Shown one piece after another: positions 63,308-64,000 of a stretch of 64,000 nt of DNA. The stretch's first letter is position 1, and each line of letters starts with the position of its first letter. Made by a program: the position numbers and the translations under genes. The notes under the pieces are model-generated. The model ran no database searches and was not told the DNA's origin. It saw only the letters and a list, made by a program, of their open reading frames with translations. The stretch spans positions 7,086 to 71,085 of the forward strand of contig CAYMXS010000007.1 in NCBI GenBank assembly GCA_964394465.1, given 5' to 3'. The DNA is from an uncultured Thermoplasmata archaeon. Lineage in GTDB: Archaea > Thermoplasmatota > Thermoplasmata > Halarchaeoplasmatales > Halarchaeoplasmataceae.

Positions 63308-64000
63308 GTGACTTACCAACACCCATTCATACAAGAAGGAGCCGTAGAGGAAAGGGAGTATCAGATAAATATAGCCCAGGCTGTCGAACGTGACTCCACC
63401 CTAGTCGTGCTGCCGACCGGCATGGGCAAGACGATAATTGCTTTACTGGTCATAGCGAAGGTCTATGAAAAAAGACCGGATGGAAAGGTACTGTTTTTAG
63501 CTCCGACGAAGCCCCTGGTGAGCCAGCACGCTTCCGATCTAGAAGAGATATTGGATATAGAAGATATCGGGAAAAAAACGGAGGTGTTCACCGGTGAAGT
63601 AAGACCGGATAAGAGAGAGGAACTCTGGGACGAAAAGAAGTTCATCGTCTCGACCCCCCAGGTCATAAGGAACGACCTGATGAGCCAGAGGATAGATCTC
63701 AACGATTTATCACTCCTGATATTCGACGAGGCCCACAGGGCCGTCGGCGATTACGCCTACGTGTACATAGGGGAAAGGTACCGGGAAGTGAACCCAGAAG
63801 GGATGTCATTGGGTCTCACCGCTTCACCGGGCAGCGAGACCGAGGATATCCTCTCCGTTTGTGAAAAACTCGGCTTCGAGCACGTCGAGATAAGGACGAA
63901 GTACGACCCAGACGTGGTGAAGTATACCAACTACCTGCAGAAGAAATGGATCGACGTCCAACTTTCAAAGGAGCAGAGAGCCATAGTGAACAAACTCAAG
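63308..64000 (+). CDS. hef: Hef/FANCM-family helicase-nuclease, N-terminal DEAH helicase part (truncated at its end by the window edge).
   Basis: Hand-translated frame from the GTG at 63308: ...REYQINIAQAVERDSTLVVLPTGMGKTIIALLV (motif I), ...LLIFDEAHRAVGDYAY (motif II). Frame is open to the window end. Not in the ORF track because no stop codon is reached. Confidence 0.65.
   Translation, partial: MTYQHPFIQEGAVEEREYQINIAQAVERDSTLVVLPTGMGKTIIALLVIAKVYEKRPDGKVLFLAPTKPLVSQHASDLEEILDIEDIGKKTEVFTGEVRPDKREELWDEKKFIVSTPQVIRNDLMSQRIDLNDLSLLIFDEAHRAVGDYAYVYIGERYREVNPEGMSLGLTASPGSETEDILSVCEKLGFEHVEIRTKYDPDVVKYTNYLQKKWIDVQLSKEQRAIVNKLK

Overview
This is a 64-kb archaeal chromosomal segment. Archaeal markers are an intron-containing tRNA-Ala, archaeal-type AlaRS and PheRS-beta, Hef, RNase Z, DacZ and ScpB, plus Shine-Dalgarno-like GGAGG leaders. 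Proteins throughout are strongly acidic (D/E-rich), consistent with a salt-in halophile. A DPANN or nanohaloarchaeal lifestyle with giant surface proteins is possible but cannot be assigned from sequence alone. GC is about 50% except for an AT-rich block of roughly 2.5 kb at the start of the window. Core content is: an ABC-2 exporter, a CDF transporter, Acd-EtfBA, FolD, a TsaA-like methyltransferase, a REC-PAS regulator, a 5'-nucleotidase, AlaRS, a MoxR cluster, RimI, KptA, TPR proteins, a SpoU methyltransferase, ScpB, PheT, a TRAM protein, a PfkB kinase, Lpd-GcvT, an M42 peptidase, a TldD/PmbA pair, SHMT, a DUF87 (HerA-like) ATPase, DacZ, RNase Z and Hef. Three tRNA genes were found by hand: Cys-GCA, Ala-GGC with a 30-nt intron, and Gly-CCC. 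The notable, less ordinary content is as follows. (i) A 14-kb cluster of three giant acidic cell-surface proteins (2086, 1011 and 1551 aa) combining papain-like and amidase-like domains, PKD domains, a lamin-tail domain and an unassigned repeated ~165-aa domain, with a shared palindromic upstream element. (ii) Four tandem ferritin-like diiron paralogs, three of which carry a conserved C-terminal FEFEKRQ tail. (iii) A 4xCBS protein fused to a ribosome-hibernation-factor (HPF/RaiA)-like domain. (iv) A perfect 27-bp inverted repeat bracketing the lpd-gcvT segment next to tRNA-Gly. (v) tRNA genes followed by tandem copies of their own end fragments. No CRISPR array, integrase or transposase was seen.
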